Positions 45,914 through 54,910 of a stretch of 64,000 nt of DNA are shown in pieces. The notes beneath the pieces were generated by a model, which was not told where the DNA came from, searched no databases, and saw nothing but the letters and a program-made list of their open reading frames with translations. Both the position numbers and the translations under genes were made by a program. Numbering within the stretch: position 1 is the first letter of the stretch; each line of letters opens with the position of its first letter. This DNA comes from an uncultured virus (IMG/VR IMGVR_UViG_3300006868_000018). Its lineage: Duplodnaviria > Heunggongvirae > Uroviricota > Caudoviricetes. The stretch lies in the IMG/VR virus record IMGVR_UViG_3300006868_000018, positions 1 to 64,000 of that record, one strand, 5' to 3'.

Positions 45914-46840
45914 ATGTCTTTTGCAAATCTTAAGTCCAAGTCTATGGACGTGTCTAAACTGGTCACAGCAGCAGCCGAAATGAACGGTGGTGGTACTACC
46001 GAAAAGAAAGGTTATGGTGATGACCGATTCTGGAAACCCACAGTAGATGAGAGCGGAAACGGTTACGCCGTAATCCGGTTCCTTCCCGCAGCGGAAGGTT
46101 CTGATCTCCCTTGGGCTCGTTACTGGGATCACTTCTTCAAGGGACCAACAGGTCAGTGGTACATTGAGAAGTCTCTGACTACTATTGGTCAGAATGATCC
46201 TGTCTCTGAATTGAACTCCCGTCTGTGGAATTCTGGTGTCGAGGATGACAAGGAAACTGCACGTAAACAGAAGCGCCGTCTTCACTATGTGTCTAACATC
46301 CTTGTGGTCAATGACCCTGCGAATACCGCAAACAACGGTAAAGTGTTCCTCTATGATTTTGGTAAGAAAATCTTTGACAAGATCATGGATGTCATGCAAC
46401 CTCAGTTTCCGGGCGAGGAACCAATCAACCCCTTTGACTTCTGGAATGGATCCGACTTTCAGTTGAAGATCCGTAACGTTGCGGGTTACCGTAACTACGA
46501 CAAGTCTGAGTTCAAGGCGGTGTCTGCATTGTTCGATGCGGATGAGACTAAACTCGAAGCGACTTACAACCAGTTGTTTGATCTCACTGAGTTCACTGCA
46601 CCTGCTTCCTTCAAACCTTATGAAGAACTGAAGGGTCGCCTTCAGATTGTTCTGGGTGAGGCAGTTGGTGGAAATGCAACTGCACGTAACGAGGCGTTAA
46701 CTCAGACTGCGGAGTCGAACGTTGGTCGTTCTGCACCTGAACCTCAGATCGTTGCTGCACCCGAACCTAGTGTAGGTGCGGAAGCGGACGATGATGAGGA
46801 TACCTTGTCCTACTTTGCAAAGATGGCGAATGAGGACTAA
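45914..46840 (+). CDS. gp32: Single-stranded DNA-binding protein gp32
   Basis: DDRFWKP...GNGYAVIRFLPA, GKKIFDKI, YRNYDKSEF and an acidic tail. Confidence 0.97.
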   Translation: MSFANLKSKSMDVSKLVTAAAEMNGGGTTEKKGYGDDRFWKPTVDESGNGYAVIRFLPAAEGSDLPWARYWDHFFKGPTGQWYIEKSLTTIGQNDPVSELNSRLWNSGVEDDKETARKQKRRLHYVSNILVVNDPANTANNGKVFLYDFGKKIFDKIMDVMQPQFPGEEPINPFDFWNGSDFQLKIRNVAGYRNYDKSEFKAVSALFDADETKLEATYNQLFDLTEFTAPASFKPYEELKGRLQIVLGEAVGGNATARNEALTQTAESNVGRSAPEPQIVAAPEPSVGAEADDDEDTLSYFAKMANED

Positions 46841-46851
46841 GTAGTACCGGC

Positions 46852-47286
46852 ATGAAAATTTTAATACTTGGATTGCCGGGCAGTGGGAAGTCAACTCTCG
46901 CAAGGGAGTTGGCTTACCATTTTCTGATTCCGCATCACAATGCGGATACGTACCGTGAGATGTTTGATGACTGGGACTTCTCACCCGAAGGTAGGTTAAG
47001 ACAGGCCAAAAGAATGGCCGATCAGGTTGGAATTCTGGATTTTGTTTGTCCGTTGAAGGAGCTCCGTGATATCGTAGAAGCCGACTTCACCATCTGGATG
47101 AATACAATCGATGAAGGACGATTCGAGGATACTAATAAGTTATTCGAAGTACCTGATTCATATGATCTGGAGGTTAAAGAATGGATCGACTTAAACCAAC
47201 TACGCAACTCCTTGGAAGGTTTCAACCGTGGCACCAAGGGCATACTAAGTTATTTGAACGGGCCCTTTCAAAGACTGGTCAAGTAG
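46852..47286 (+). CDS. Adenylylsulfate-kinase-like P-loop kinase
   Basis: GLPGSGKSTLA, NAD..R, DWDFSPEGRLRQ, DFVCP and FEVP motifs. Confidence 0.75.
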   Translation: MKILILGLPGSGKSTLARELAYHFLIPHHNADTYREMFDDWDFSPEGRLRQAKRMADQVGILDFVCPLKELRDIVEADFTIWMNTIDEGRFEDTNKLFEVPDSYDLEVKEWIDLNQLRNSLEGFNRGTKGILSYLNGPFQRLVK

Positions 47287-47540
47287 CGATACTACTTCGT
47301 GACACTGAGGTAGACGAAAGTAATCCTTACACCGTAGAGGAACGTAAGGCAAACATCATACTCGAACTTGCAAAAGAAGGGTATGAACACCATAAAGACT
47401 TTGTGATAATCGCTGTACCTAACATCACCCATATCACCTATGGTCGGGATGTTGGATACACGATTGAGCAGGAAGATCTGGGGGAAGAGGTTGAGTCAAT
47501 CTCCGCAACCAAGATACGTCAACTGGAACTAGGTCTTTAG
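47181..47540 (+). CDS. HxGH nucleotidyltransferase (cytidylyltransferase-like)
   Basis: LGRFQPWHQGH, SNPY and ISATKIR motifs. Confidence 0.8.
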   Translation: MDRLKPTTQLLGRFQPWHQGHTKLFERALSKTGQVAILLRDTEVDESNPYTVEERKANIILELAKEGYEHHKDFVIIAVPNITHITYGRDVGYTIEQEDLGEEVESISATKIRQLELGL

Positions 47541-49840
47541 GTTATAGGTAATGCGCCCGCCTGATTGTTCGTCAAGAAGGCGGCGTTTACATCCCACACA
47601 CTTGGAATGACTGCCGCTTGAGTACTGTTATTATTGACTTGTGTTGACGAAGAAGACCCACCAACGTTAGTCTGCATAATAATAGGATTACCACCACCCG
47701 CACCCATATTCCCTGCATTTGCAAGTTGAGTTCCCGCCATGGTTCTTGATGTTGTGCCAGGCGCTTGTGGAGAACCTGGCGCTGGTATACCTCTCGCGTT
47801 CATTGATGCCAATCGTTCTCTTCGGTATTCAGCCGTTCCTTCTTGAGTGCCTTTAGACACATGCATGTGATCCATGTGACCACCAGTTCTCCACATCACA
47901 CTATAACCTGCGGTTTCTAATTTATCGCGTAGTACATCGAAGACCGCAGCCTGTTCGGGATTGTCTGCCTCAACATAACGTTCATCATTAGGACCGACAA
48001 AGTTAATATCTAATGCGTCACCCCTATAGTGTCTGGAGTTTTCACCATGTGTTCCAACTTCACCAAATGCCTCGTGGCCAGATACATGTAGTCCTTTTCC
48101 CTGCAACCATTCACCCAAAGCAACAATATCGTCTGATGGTGGTAAACCTGACATGGGTTCTTCTGGTTCTTGACCGGATGTCCCTAATTGAGGGCGAGGT
48201 CGGTTACGAGTCCTACGTGAGGCTGTCTGAGGTCTCTCAGGCGGAGGAGGAGGTGGTCGAGTTTCGGTATCTACTGCATCATTAGTCTCTGGTGGATTAT
48301 CTCTCATTGCGGCAGTATCAGTTTCATCATCCCACCAATCCGTCAATGCATCCCATGCATCTGAAAATATATTGCTTACCCAATTTTTAATATCTTCCCA
48401 AAGTTGGGTAGCTGAATCCACCATACTTCCCCATTTGTCGGGTTCATTTTCCCACCAGTCAATTACTGCATCATAGGCGCCCATAAACGACTCACCTATT
48501 CTGCCCGGAATTCCCATAAGATAATCAAATGTCTCTGATGCATACGTAAATAGGGATTCTTTAAATGCGGTCATTGTCTCATCCAACCACGCGAAGAGAC
48601 TAGGGAGAACGTCAGTGAATACGTAGGTCAGACCTCCCCATATCCCCTTCAATCCCCACTTAACCATGTCTGCGAGATTCATGAACATGGTCTGTGCAAA
48701 TTGACCCATCCAAGGTATGAACTGGGTGAAGATATCTTTCAACGCTTCGATTGGTGAACTGAATAGTTTACGAACCCAATCAAATATGGATGCTATCATT
48801 CCACTAATACCGCCAGGCATTAGTTCGTTGATTCTATCCGTAACAGAACCAAGACCAATCTTGTCCAGTATCCACTTCATTCCGTCTTGCAGTAAATCAC
48901 CAATAGTACCGAAGAAACCAACGAACACACCTTTGAGACCTTCCCAAGTTGCACTTAGAATTCTGGTAAAGATGTTCATATCAGATTCGGCGGTTCTTTG
49001 CCAGTCACCCAAGAATCCGGTGAAGAAGTCGAAGAGTGAAATAATAATTTGAATAGGCCAAAGAAGTTTGGTGAATACACCTTTCACCAAAGACATGATC
49101 TTATTACCGCCAGCCTTGAAAAGATCATCACCAACACCAATGGTAGCCTTAAGTGTGTCTCCTAGAAAACCAAATATTTTTCCAAAAAAACCAAACACTT
49201 TTTGGACGATAGAGTTTGTGAACGAACCAAGTTTGGATGCATTCCACCATTTGATAATCGCATTGAATGGTCTTGCTATGAAACCAAATATCTTCCCTAT
49301 ATTAGAAACCATTCTTTCGGCAAAATTCATTTTCTTGAATTTACCGTTGGCCTCTCTAAGGTTGTATCTTAATGATCCATCTAGGGCTTTGAAGAAACCA
49401 CCTCTAAACGCTTTGTAGAAATTTGTTATAGATCTCTGGAGACCTTTCGTTAGATTCGTTATACCAGCTACAGAAAATAGTCTAGAAAACGCCAGTTTAA
49501 CAGCACCGAAAAACCGTTGCACCATGTCTTTGATTCTTCTTACGGTCTCGCCTATCACAGCGCCAAGACCCAAAAGGATACCACTAAAGGATTTGTCTAA
49601 TTTTATTTCAGGTGCTTTGAAAATAGGTGCTTTTTCTTTTTTCTTGTCTCGTCGATCTTCTTCGTTCTGCAAACGATCCTGTTTTATCTCTGCGAGAATC
49701 TCACGCATAGTCTTATTGAGATCAGAGGTATTCTTCTCTGTCCCTTCTTGACTTCTTTGGAGCGCTTGGTTACGGTTATTATTTTCTTGACGCATCAAGT
49801 CAATAACATTACCCAAACCACCTATTGTTGCTTCTGCCAT
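47537..49840 (-). CDS. gp29-like tape measure / baseplate hub protein with C-terminal Zn-peptidase domain
   Basis: Long amphipathic W/F-periodic region; SRHYRGDALD...HMDHMHVS peptidase motif; position after gp26. Confidence 0.7.
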   Translation of the reverse strand: MAEATIGGLGNVIDLMRQENNNRNQALQRSQEGTEKNTSDLNKTMREILAEIKQDRLQNEEDRRDKKKEKAPIFKAPEIKLDKSFSGILLGLGAVIGETVRRIKDMVQRFFGAVKLAFSRLFSVAGITNLTKGLQRSITNFYKAFRGGFFKALDGSLRYNLREANGKFKKMNFAERMVSNIGKIFGFIARPFNAIIKWWNASKLGSFTNSIVQKVFGFFGKIFGFLGDTLKATIGVGDDLFKAGGNKIMSLVKGVFTKLLWPIQIIISLFDFFTGFLGDWQRTAESDMNIFTRILSATWEGLKGVFVGFFGTIGDLLQDGMKWILDKIGLGSVTDRINELMPGGISGMIASIFDWVRKLFSSPIEALKDIFTQFIPWMGQFAQTMFMNLADMVKWGLKGIWGGLTYVFTDVLPSLFAWLDETMTAFKESLFTYASETFDYLMGIPGRIGESFMGAYDAVIDWWENEPDKWGSMVDSATQLWEDIKNWVSNIFSDAWDALTDWWDDETDTAAMRDNPPETNDAVDTETRPPPPPPERPQTASRRTRNRPRPQLGTSGQEPEEPMSGLPPSDDIVALGEWLQGKGLHVSGHEAFGEVGTHGENSRHYRGDALDINFVGPNDERYVEADNPEQAAVFDVLRDKLETAGYSVMWRTGGHMDHMHVSKGTQEGTAEYRRERLASMNARGIPAPGSPQAPGTTSRTMAGTQLANAGNMGAGGGNPIIMQTNVGGSSSSTQVNNNSTQAAVIPSVWDVNAAFLTNNQAGALPIT

Positions 49841-49844
49841 TGGT

Positions 49845-50036
49845 TTATCTCATTTTGGATTCTTGTTGTCTACGTTCATTCTCTTCTTTAATCCACTCAA
49901 CCAATAATGTAACATAAATTTCCCTTTCCCATGGCATCATCATTTCAAGTTCTGTTAGACTGTAATGATGATGTTGCATTAATGAAAAGTTGGTCTTAAA
50001 ATAATTGACCAAATTATCATGAGAAAGGTTTATGAT
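49845..50036 (-). CDS. Small baseplate-hub assembly ORF (gp51-like), probably the -1 frameshift extension of gp26
   Basis: LSHDNLVNYFKTNFSLMQHHHYSLTELEMMMPWEREIY; the conserved-looking part extends upstream of the first Met. Confidence 0.7.
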   Translation of the reverse strand: MINLSHDNLVNYFKTNFSLMQHHHYSLTELEMMMPWEREIYVTLLVEWIKEENERRQQESKMR

Positions 50037-50737
50037 AAAAAATCCGACATTCCCCTTAACATCTGTTTGTTTTCTTCCCCACACTTATTACAGGTATATT
50101 CTGCATTGTGTCTCAGTGCGGGTAGACTCTCAAGGTAGTCTGCCAGTTTCTTAAACTGACCCTGCGTCATTGACTCAAGAAACTCATTGATCTCTGTCTT
50201 GGAAACTTCGTCCGCCTCGATCCTTTCGTCTCCTGTGATGACGGCCTGAATACACGCACCAACCATAGCGAATCCAATTTCAATTTCCTTTCCGGTGAAA
50301 TTGACTTTACTGACATGTTCGTACATTGGGTATCTCATTTCAACACTAACACCGTCACTCAGTTCAATAACATTTTCGGTATTGGGTGCTTCTACTTTAA
50401 CGGAGGAGATGTCTATCTCATACTCGTTCTGTGCATCACATGATTCACATCTCAACAAAATAGTAGATACCTCACCAACTGACTTTGACCTAATCTGAGT
50501 GAACAGATACTCAATGTCAAAGGTTGTCAACTTCTTTCCCTGAAAACCTTCACTCGTGATACACGCATCGATTGTATCTACAATCGCACGTAGTGCCTGT
50601 TTCTGGTCTTGAGTCTCCATTGCCATCATCAAGACCTTTTCTTCTTTAACCAAGTAAGGTCTGAATGAAACTTTTTTCCCCGTCGAGGGAATCGTACATT
50701 CATACGATGGACTGGTGTTTAACTTTGGTAATGCCAT
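50030..50737 (-). CDS. gp26: Baseplate hub assembly protein gp26
   Basis: MALPKL, RPYLVKEEK, FDIEYLF..IRSKSVGE and two CxxC. Confidence 0.88.
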   Translation of the reverse strand: MALPKLNTSPSYECTIPSTGKKVSFRPYLVKEEKVLMMAMETQDQKQALRAIVDTIDACITSEGFQGKKLTTFDIEYLFTQIRSKSVGEVSTILLRCESCDAQNEYEIDISSVKVEAPNTENVIELSDGVSVEMRYPMYEHVSKVNFTGKEIEIGFAMVGACIQAVITGDERIEADEVSKTEINEFLESMTQGQFKKLADYLESLPALRHNAEYTCNKCGEENKQMLRGMSDFLS

Positions 50738-50760
50738 TTCACGCTCCTAATTTAGCAATG

Positions 50761-51468
50761 TTAAAATACTCTATCAAGTATCCCTGATAGAATTGAACCA
50801 CCAAAACCGCTTGTTGGTCCGTCTGCTTCTTTTGACCGCCAGTCTCTATAAGACAACTGTACGGTAAACTCCGTAATCTGATCAGTCTGATCGCCCCCTA
50901 ACTGTATCGCATTGACAGTGACCGGAAACGCCTCAAGTAATTTTATGTGACGAATAACCGCAGCGTCTTTTCCAAAACCGAAGTCAATCTCACCCTGTTG
51001 GAAGTCTGGGTTACCGTCAAAAATCCTCGCACGGATCGATGAGGGTATACTATCTAGGAACCCTAATTGTTTCTTAAATAGACTAAACGCATACCCTTTC
51101 TGAAGTTGTTTGATGTCGATGTCCTGAACGTAATCTTTGTAATATTGTATTTGATTTGATTCCTGATCGTAACACGCCTTCATCCACTCATCGAAGTAGG
51201 ATGTAATTTTGTGATCGTTCATGACATAGAAGGTTAAGTTCAAATCTACGGTTGCGAACCCGTTGACAACTTTTCTAAGAACTGTACCTACCTGTTGATC
51301 CTGTGTCATCATCTGTCTGCCAGGCAGTTCTGTTGATTTACAGATGACGTTAATGTCTCTCGAACTCATACCAAACTTACTGGGTAGGACAATCTCGAAC
51401 ATGTTCGACATTGCGAACCCTTCGCTCTTACTCGCGGCCGCCTTGAGTTCTTCTATACTAGTAGCCAT
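50761..51468 (-). CDS. Tail-tube-fold protein (gp19/gp54-like)
   Basis: CKSTELPGR, LTFY, FDEWM and LLEAFPVTV...FTVQLSYRDW motifs. Confidence 0.75.
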   Translation of the reverse strand: MATSIEELKAAASKSEGFAMSNMFEIVLPSKFGMSSRDINVICKSTELPGRQMMTQDQQVGTVLRKVVNGFATVDLNLTFYVMNDHKITSYFDEWMKACYDQESNQIQYYKDYVQDIDIKQLQKGYAFSLFKKQLGFLDSIPSSIRARIFDGNPDFQQGEIDFGFGKDAAVIRHIKLLEAFPVTVNAIQLGGDQTDQITEFTVQLSYRDWRSKEADGPTSGFGGSILSGILDRVF

Positions 51469-52063
51469 TTATAATACGCCTTGAATCGTAGTAGACCTTC
51501 TGTCTATTCCTCTTTCTCCAGTCTGCGGTTGGTAGGAAAGTTGCGATCTCCCACTCCGGTGCCGGAACCTCTGCGAACTTACTCTGGACTTGACTGTTCA
51601 GGTAATGTTTCAGACAGGGTTTGTAATACTTCAGTTTCGATGCCTTGACCAATACCTCGTATGATAGATCCAGTTTGGTTCCGTCATCGATGTTCTTTCC
51701 CGCAATGTCCATAAGTGCATCCAGAAACTTTGCACGTAACAATGGGGGTAGGTAGTGGATGTTTAACCCCATGAACCCACCCTTGGCAGGACCAATGATG
51801 AACACGAGAGGAAACGCATCGTAGTAGGGAAGAGTCTCTTTGTGTTTGGGGTCATAGAAGAACATGTACATTCTACCCACAACACTCGTACCCTTCCTCT
51901 TAATAGGATCCGATGACATCAATCCTTCACGGTTAATACTGCGTAGGTTAGACGCCTTCTTTAGAAACCATGCGCGACTTTCCTTTGTACGGGGTGTGAT
52001 CCCTGCACGGAACGCCTGTTGTTCCAATCTGTTAATTACATTTGATTTCGCTGTAGTTGCCAC
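51458..52063 (-). CDS. gp2: DNA end protector gp2
   Basis: GRMYMFFYDPKHKETLPYYDAFPL, GLNIHYLPP and FLPT motifs. Confidence 0.9.
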   Translation of the reverse strand: MATTAKSNVINRLEQQAFRAGITPRTKESRAWFLKKASNLRSINREGLMSSDPIKRKGTSVVGRMYMFFYDPKHKETLPYYDAFPLVFIIGPAKGGFMGLNIHYLPPLLRAKFLDALMDIAGKNIDDGTKLDLSYEVLVKASKLKYYKPCLKHYLNSQVQSKFAEVPAPEWEIATFLPTADWRKRNRQKVYYDSRRIINGY

Positions 52064-52087
52064 ACCGGACCCTCTTAGTTACTTCTT

Positions 52088-52095
52088 TATTTATA
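52088..52095 (-). promoter_or_regulatory. T4-type late promoter TATAAATA
   Basis: Exact consensus upstream of gp2. Confidence 0.8.
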
Positions 52096-52111
52096 CGATT
52101 TACAATGGCAT

Positions 52112-52588
52112 TTATCTTTTCTTTTTGGGAAATGGTTTGAGTGGTTTGAATGCCTTGGGTAGAATTCCCATTGCAGATAATCTCTTCTCTGTCCAGATTT
52201 CAAACTTCCAACCCCGTTCCTTTGCGTACTTCTCTGCCGCCTTCCATTTGTTCTGGTTCTTGACATAGGTCAACGATTGTTCTACCAGTAACTTGGTTTT
52301 ACGTTTTCCGGTAGGTGGGCGTGTCTCTTTGTCTGGTTTGATCTCCACGAGGACTATGTTACCGTCCTTATATTCGATCACCAGATCCATAAAGTATCTG
52401 TGATATCTCTTGTCAACCTCATATAGATATGGTATAATAACCTCTTCACTACCCCAACGTTTGACATTGGAGTTGTTGTCACACCACTTAAATGCGTGTT
52501 TCTCCCAAAGAGATCGATACACCACACCATTGGGGTCTCCAAGATACTTAGATTTATTTTTAACGGGATATCTACCTGAGTACGCCAT
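52112..52588 (-). CDS. gp4: Head completion nuclease gp4
   Basis: MAYSGRY...KYLGDP...YRSLWE, WGSEE, HRYFMD, VEIKP and NQNKW motifs. Confidence 0.9.
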   Translation of the reverse strand: MAYSGRYPVKNKSKYLGDPNGVVYRSLWEKHAFKWCDNNSNVKRWGSEEVIIPYLYEVDKRYHRYFMDLVIEYKDGNIVLVEIKPDKETRPPTGKRKTKLLVEQSLTYVKNQNKWKAAEKYAKERGWKFEIWTEKRLSAMGILPKAFKPLKPFPKKKR

Positions 52589-52597
52589 ACAAAACCA

Positions 52598-52634
52598 TAT
52601 AAATAAACGTGTAAAACTACACAACTTATTTAGT
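52598..52634. promoter_or_regulatory. Divergent late promoters: TATAAATA (+, 52598-52605) and ACTAAATA variant (-, 52627-52634)
   Basis: Located between the divergent gp4 and gp48 starts. Confidence 0.7.
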
Positions 52635-52644
52635 AGGTTAAGAG

Positions 52645-53769
52645 ATGCGCTATCCATTAGAATACTCAGACGAATATGCGGGAACAGTTACTTTTGCCAT
52701 CCAAAAGTCCGCTAGTTCTGGCGGTGCGGTGGGAGAAGGAAATACAGATATGGAATCTGATCCCTCTGGAGCAGCTGCGACTCAGGCGGAGGAAGAAGCA
52801 ACAAATCCCCCCGAATCGCCTGATAATGATAATACTGACACCAGAACAGAGGATGCGGAGACGAATACTGATCCCACCCAAGAAGAACATACATCGTTTG
52901 ATGGACAGAATGAAGAACAACAATCTATTTCGAACGATGAAGTTCAGGTGGATGGTGACGCAACAGAGGGAAACGAAGGTGAAGAAGCACCTGAAGAAAA
53001 TGACGAAGAGGGTGGTTCAGAAAATCCACCCGCCCAATCGAAAGCGGAGACGAATACTGGAGGAGGTGTAACTCTATATCTCCCGCCTGGCTTACAGTAC
53101 AGAGACAATGTTGTATATGATGCAATGGATCTTGGATTTCTGGGTGGTATAACCGCAGACAAGATTAGGGGGGCGAGTAATGCAACCGTTGGACAAATTG
53201 CCCGTGGTGCGGGTGGTTCTGTCGTAGATAGTATCCAAAATTTGATTACTCAAATTAGAACCGCTGCCACTGAGGGTGGCAAGACCGATCAGGCGAGACT
53301 TGGTATGACTCAACTCGCAACCCTCATTCCGGATCAAGGAGTTCGAGGTGCGATTAAAAACGAATTGGGTGTAACCGCAAACCCCAACACTCGTGTACTA
53401 TTCAATAAAGTAAACCTTCGAGAATTTCAATTTGCGTTCAAAATGATTGCAAGAAGTCAAAAAGAGGCAAAGGCGATCCAAGCGATTATCCAGTTTTTTA
53501 GAGAATCATTATATCCAGAAACTTTTGACGTTGCTGGGGTCAGTGGTTTGGGTTATAAGTTCCCCGACAAGTTTGATATCACTATCGATTATGGTGGCGA
53601 ATGGAAAGCGCCCAAAATAAAAGAATCATATCTCAGGGATGTCAGTACTACATTCAACGCTTCAACGATGGCGATTCTGCCAGGCGGTGAACCTTTAGAA
53701 GTTGACCTAACGTTGTCGTTTATTGAAGCCGCTGCACTAGAGAAGAAAGATATAAAGTCGGGGTACTAA
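52645..53769 (+). CDS. gp48: Baseplate tail-tube cap gp48
   Basis: MRYP, TLYLPPGL, NPN.RVLF...REFQFAFKMIARS..EA and YKFPDKFDI motifs. Confidence 0.85.
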   Translation: MRYPLEYSDEYAGTVTFAIQKSASSGGAVGEGNTDMESDPSGAAATQAEEEATNPPESPDNDNTDTRTEDAETNTDPTQEEHTSFDGQNEEQQSISNDEVQVDGDATEGNEGEEAPEENDEEGGSENPPAQSKAETNTGGGVTLYLPPGLQYRDNVVYDAMDLGFLGGITADKIRGASNATVGQIARGAGGSVVDSIQNLITQIRTAATEGGKTDQARLGMTQLATLIPDQGVRGAIKNELGVTANPNTRVLFNKVNLREFQFAFKMIARSQKEAKAIQAIIQFFRESLYPETFDVAGVSGLGYKFPDKFDITIDYGGEWKAPKIKESYLRDVSTTFNASTMAILPGGEPLEVDLTLSFIEAAALEKKDIKSGY

Positions 53770-53770
53770 G

Positions 53771-54910
53771 ATGTCATCAAAATATTTCTCCAACACAAAA
53801 CGACTCAGGTATAAATTCGGTGATGGTGAAGCGCCGGTACTCTACCAGAATCTATCGACTTATGTTGATCTACTGGATCAGGTTAAAACGGAGTCTTCCT
53901 TTTATCAGGACTATGTGATCAAGTCCGGAGAACGTCCGGATAGTCTTTCGTTGAGATTGTACGGAGACGATCAGTACTACTGGACGTTCTATATGATGAA
54001 CGACAAATTGAGAGAGTGTGGTTGGCCTGTTGCAAATGAACTGATACTGGATACGGTAAAAGAGAAGTATCCCCACAGAACTATCACAACCAAAGAGGAC
54101 TTCACAACCGACAACGCGCTCGAACCAGCGTTCAAGGTTGGACAGATAGTCTATGGATCTGAGTCTGGTACTATTGGTACTATCTTGAGAAGGGATCCGA
54201 CTTTGGGTCAACTTATTATCGATACAACAAATACGGTGATACCGTTGACAAGATCGATTACCTTTGAACCCAACGTTAACGGGTATGCAACTTATGAGTT
54301 GACACTAGAGAATGAAAAGTTCCATAGTCCTTCACAGTGGAGAGTCTTTCAGGACGATATCGAAATATCTAGTGATGTGGAAATCACACTACCCAAAGGT
54401 AAAAACAACCGTATATTCGAAATAAACAACGTGAACTATAAAGAGGGTTCTTCGTATTACGTATCGGCAGAAATCTTTATTTCCAACCCACTAGACAATA
54501 ACTTTGGTGAGGGTGAGTCTTTGTACTTCGTCAACCCTAGAACTGGATTGAACGTGGTTGCGGTTATCTGGAAAGAGTCGGAACAGTACAACGCTGTGCA
54601 TCATTACGAGAGAAGAACGTACACTGCGTTTGACCTTGACACAAACACAAATATTTTAGTCTCGTATGAAAAACAAGAGGCAGTAAATGCAGTCGAAAAC
54701 TTTGACAATGCAGAGGTAAGAATATCAAGTGAATGGGTGCACATAGATCCGTACACTGGGATACTTCCTGCGGGTGCGTATCCGGTTACTGTACGAGAAC
54801 GATTTGAAGAATTCAATGACGATCTCAAGAAGATCAAGATTCTTAAAAAAAGTGTTATTGAAAGAGTCGCAAAAGAATTCTATAACAAACAAGCGGGTCG
54901 TACCCCATAA
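53771..54910 (+). CDS. gp53: Baseplate wedge gp53
   Basis: YF, GERPDSLS..LYGD.QYYW...N, VHHYE and N..KKIKILK motifs. Confidence 0.85.
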   Translation: MSSKYFSNTKRLRYKFGDGEAPVLYQNLSTYVDLLDQVKTESSFYQDYVIKSGERPDSLSLRLYGDDQYYWTFYMMNDKLRECGWPVANELILDTVKEKYPHRTITTKEDFTTDNALEPAFKVGQIVYGSESGTIGTILRRDPTLGQLIIDTTNTVIPLTRSITFEPNVNGYATYELTLENEKFHSPSQWRVFQDDIEISSDVEITLPKGKNNRIFEINNVNYKEGSSYYVSAEIFISNPLDNNFGEGESLYFVNPRTGLNVVAVIWKESEQYNAVHHYERRTYTAFDLDTNTNILVSYEKQEAVNAVENFDNAEVRISSEWVHIDPYTGILPAGAYPVTVRERFEEFNDDLKKIKILKKSVIERVAKEFYNKQAGRTP

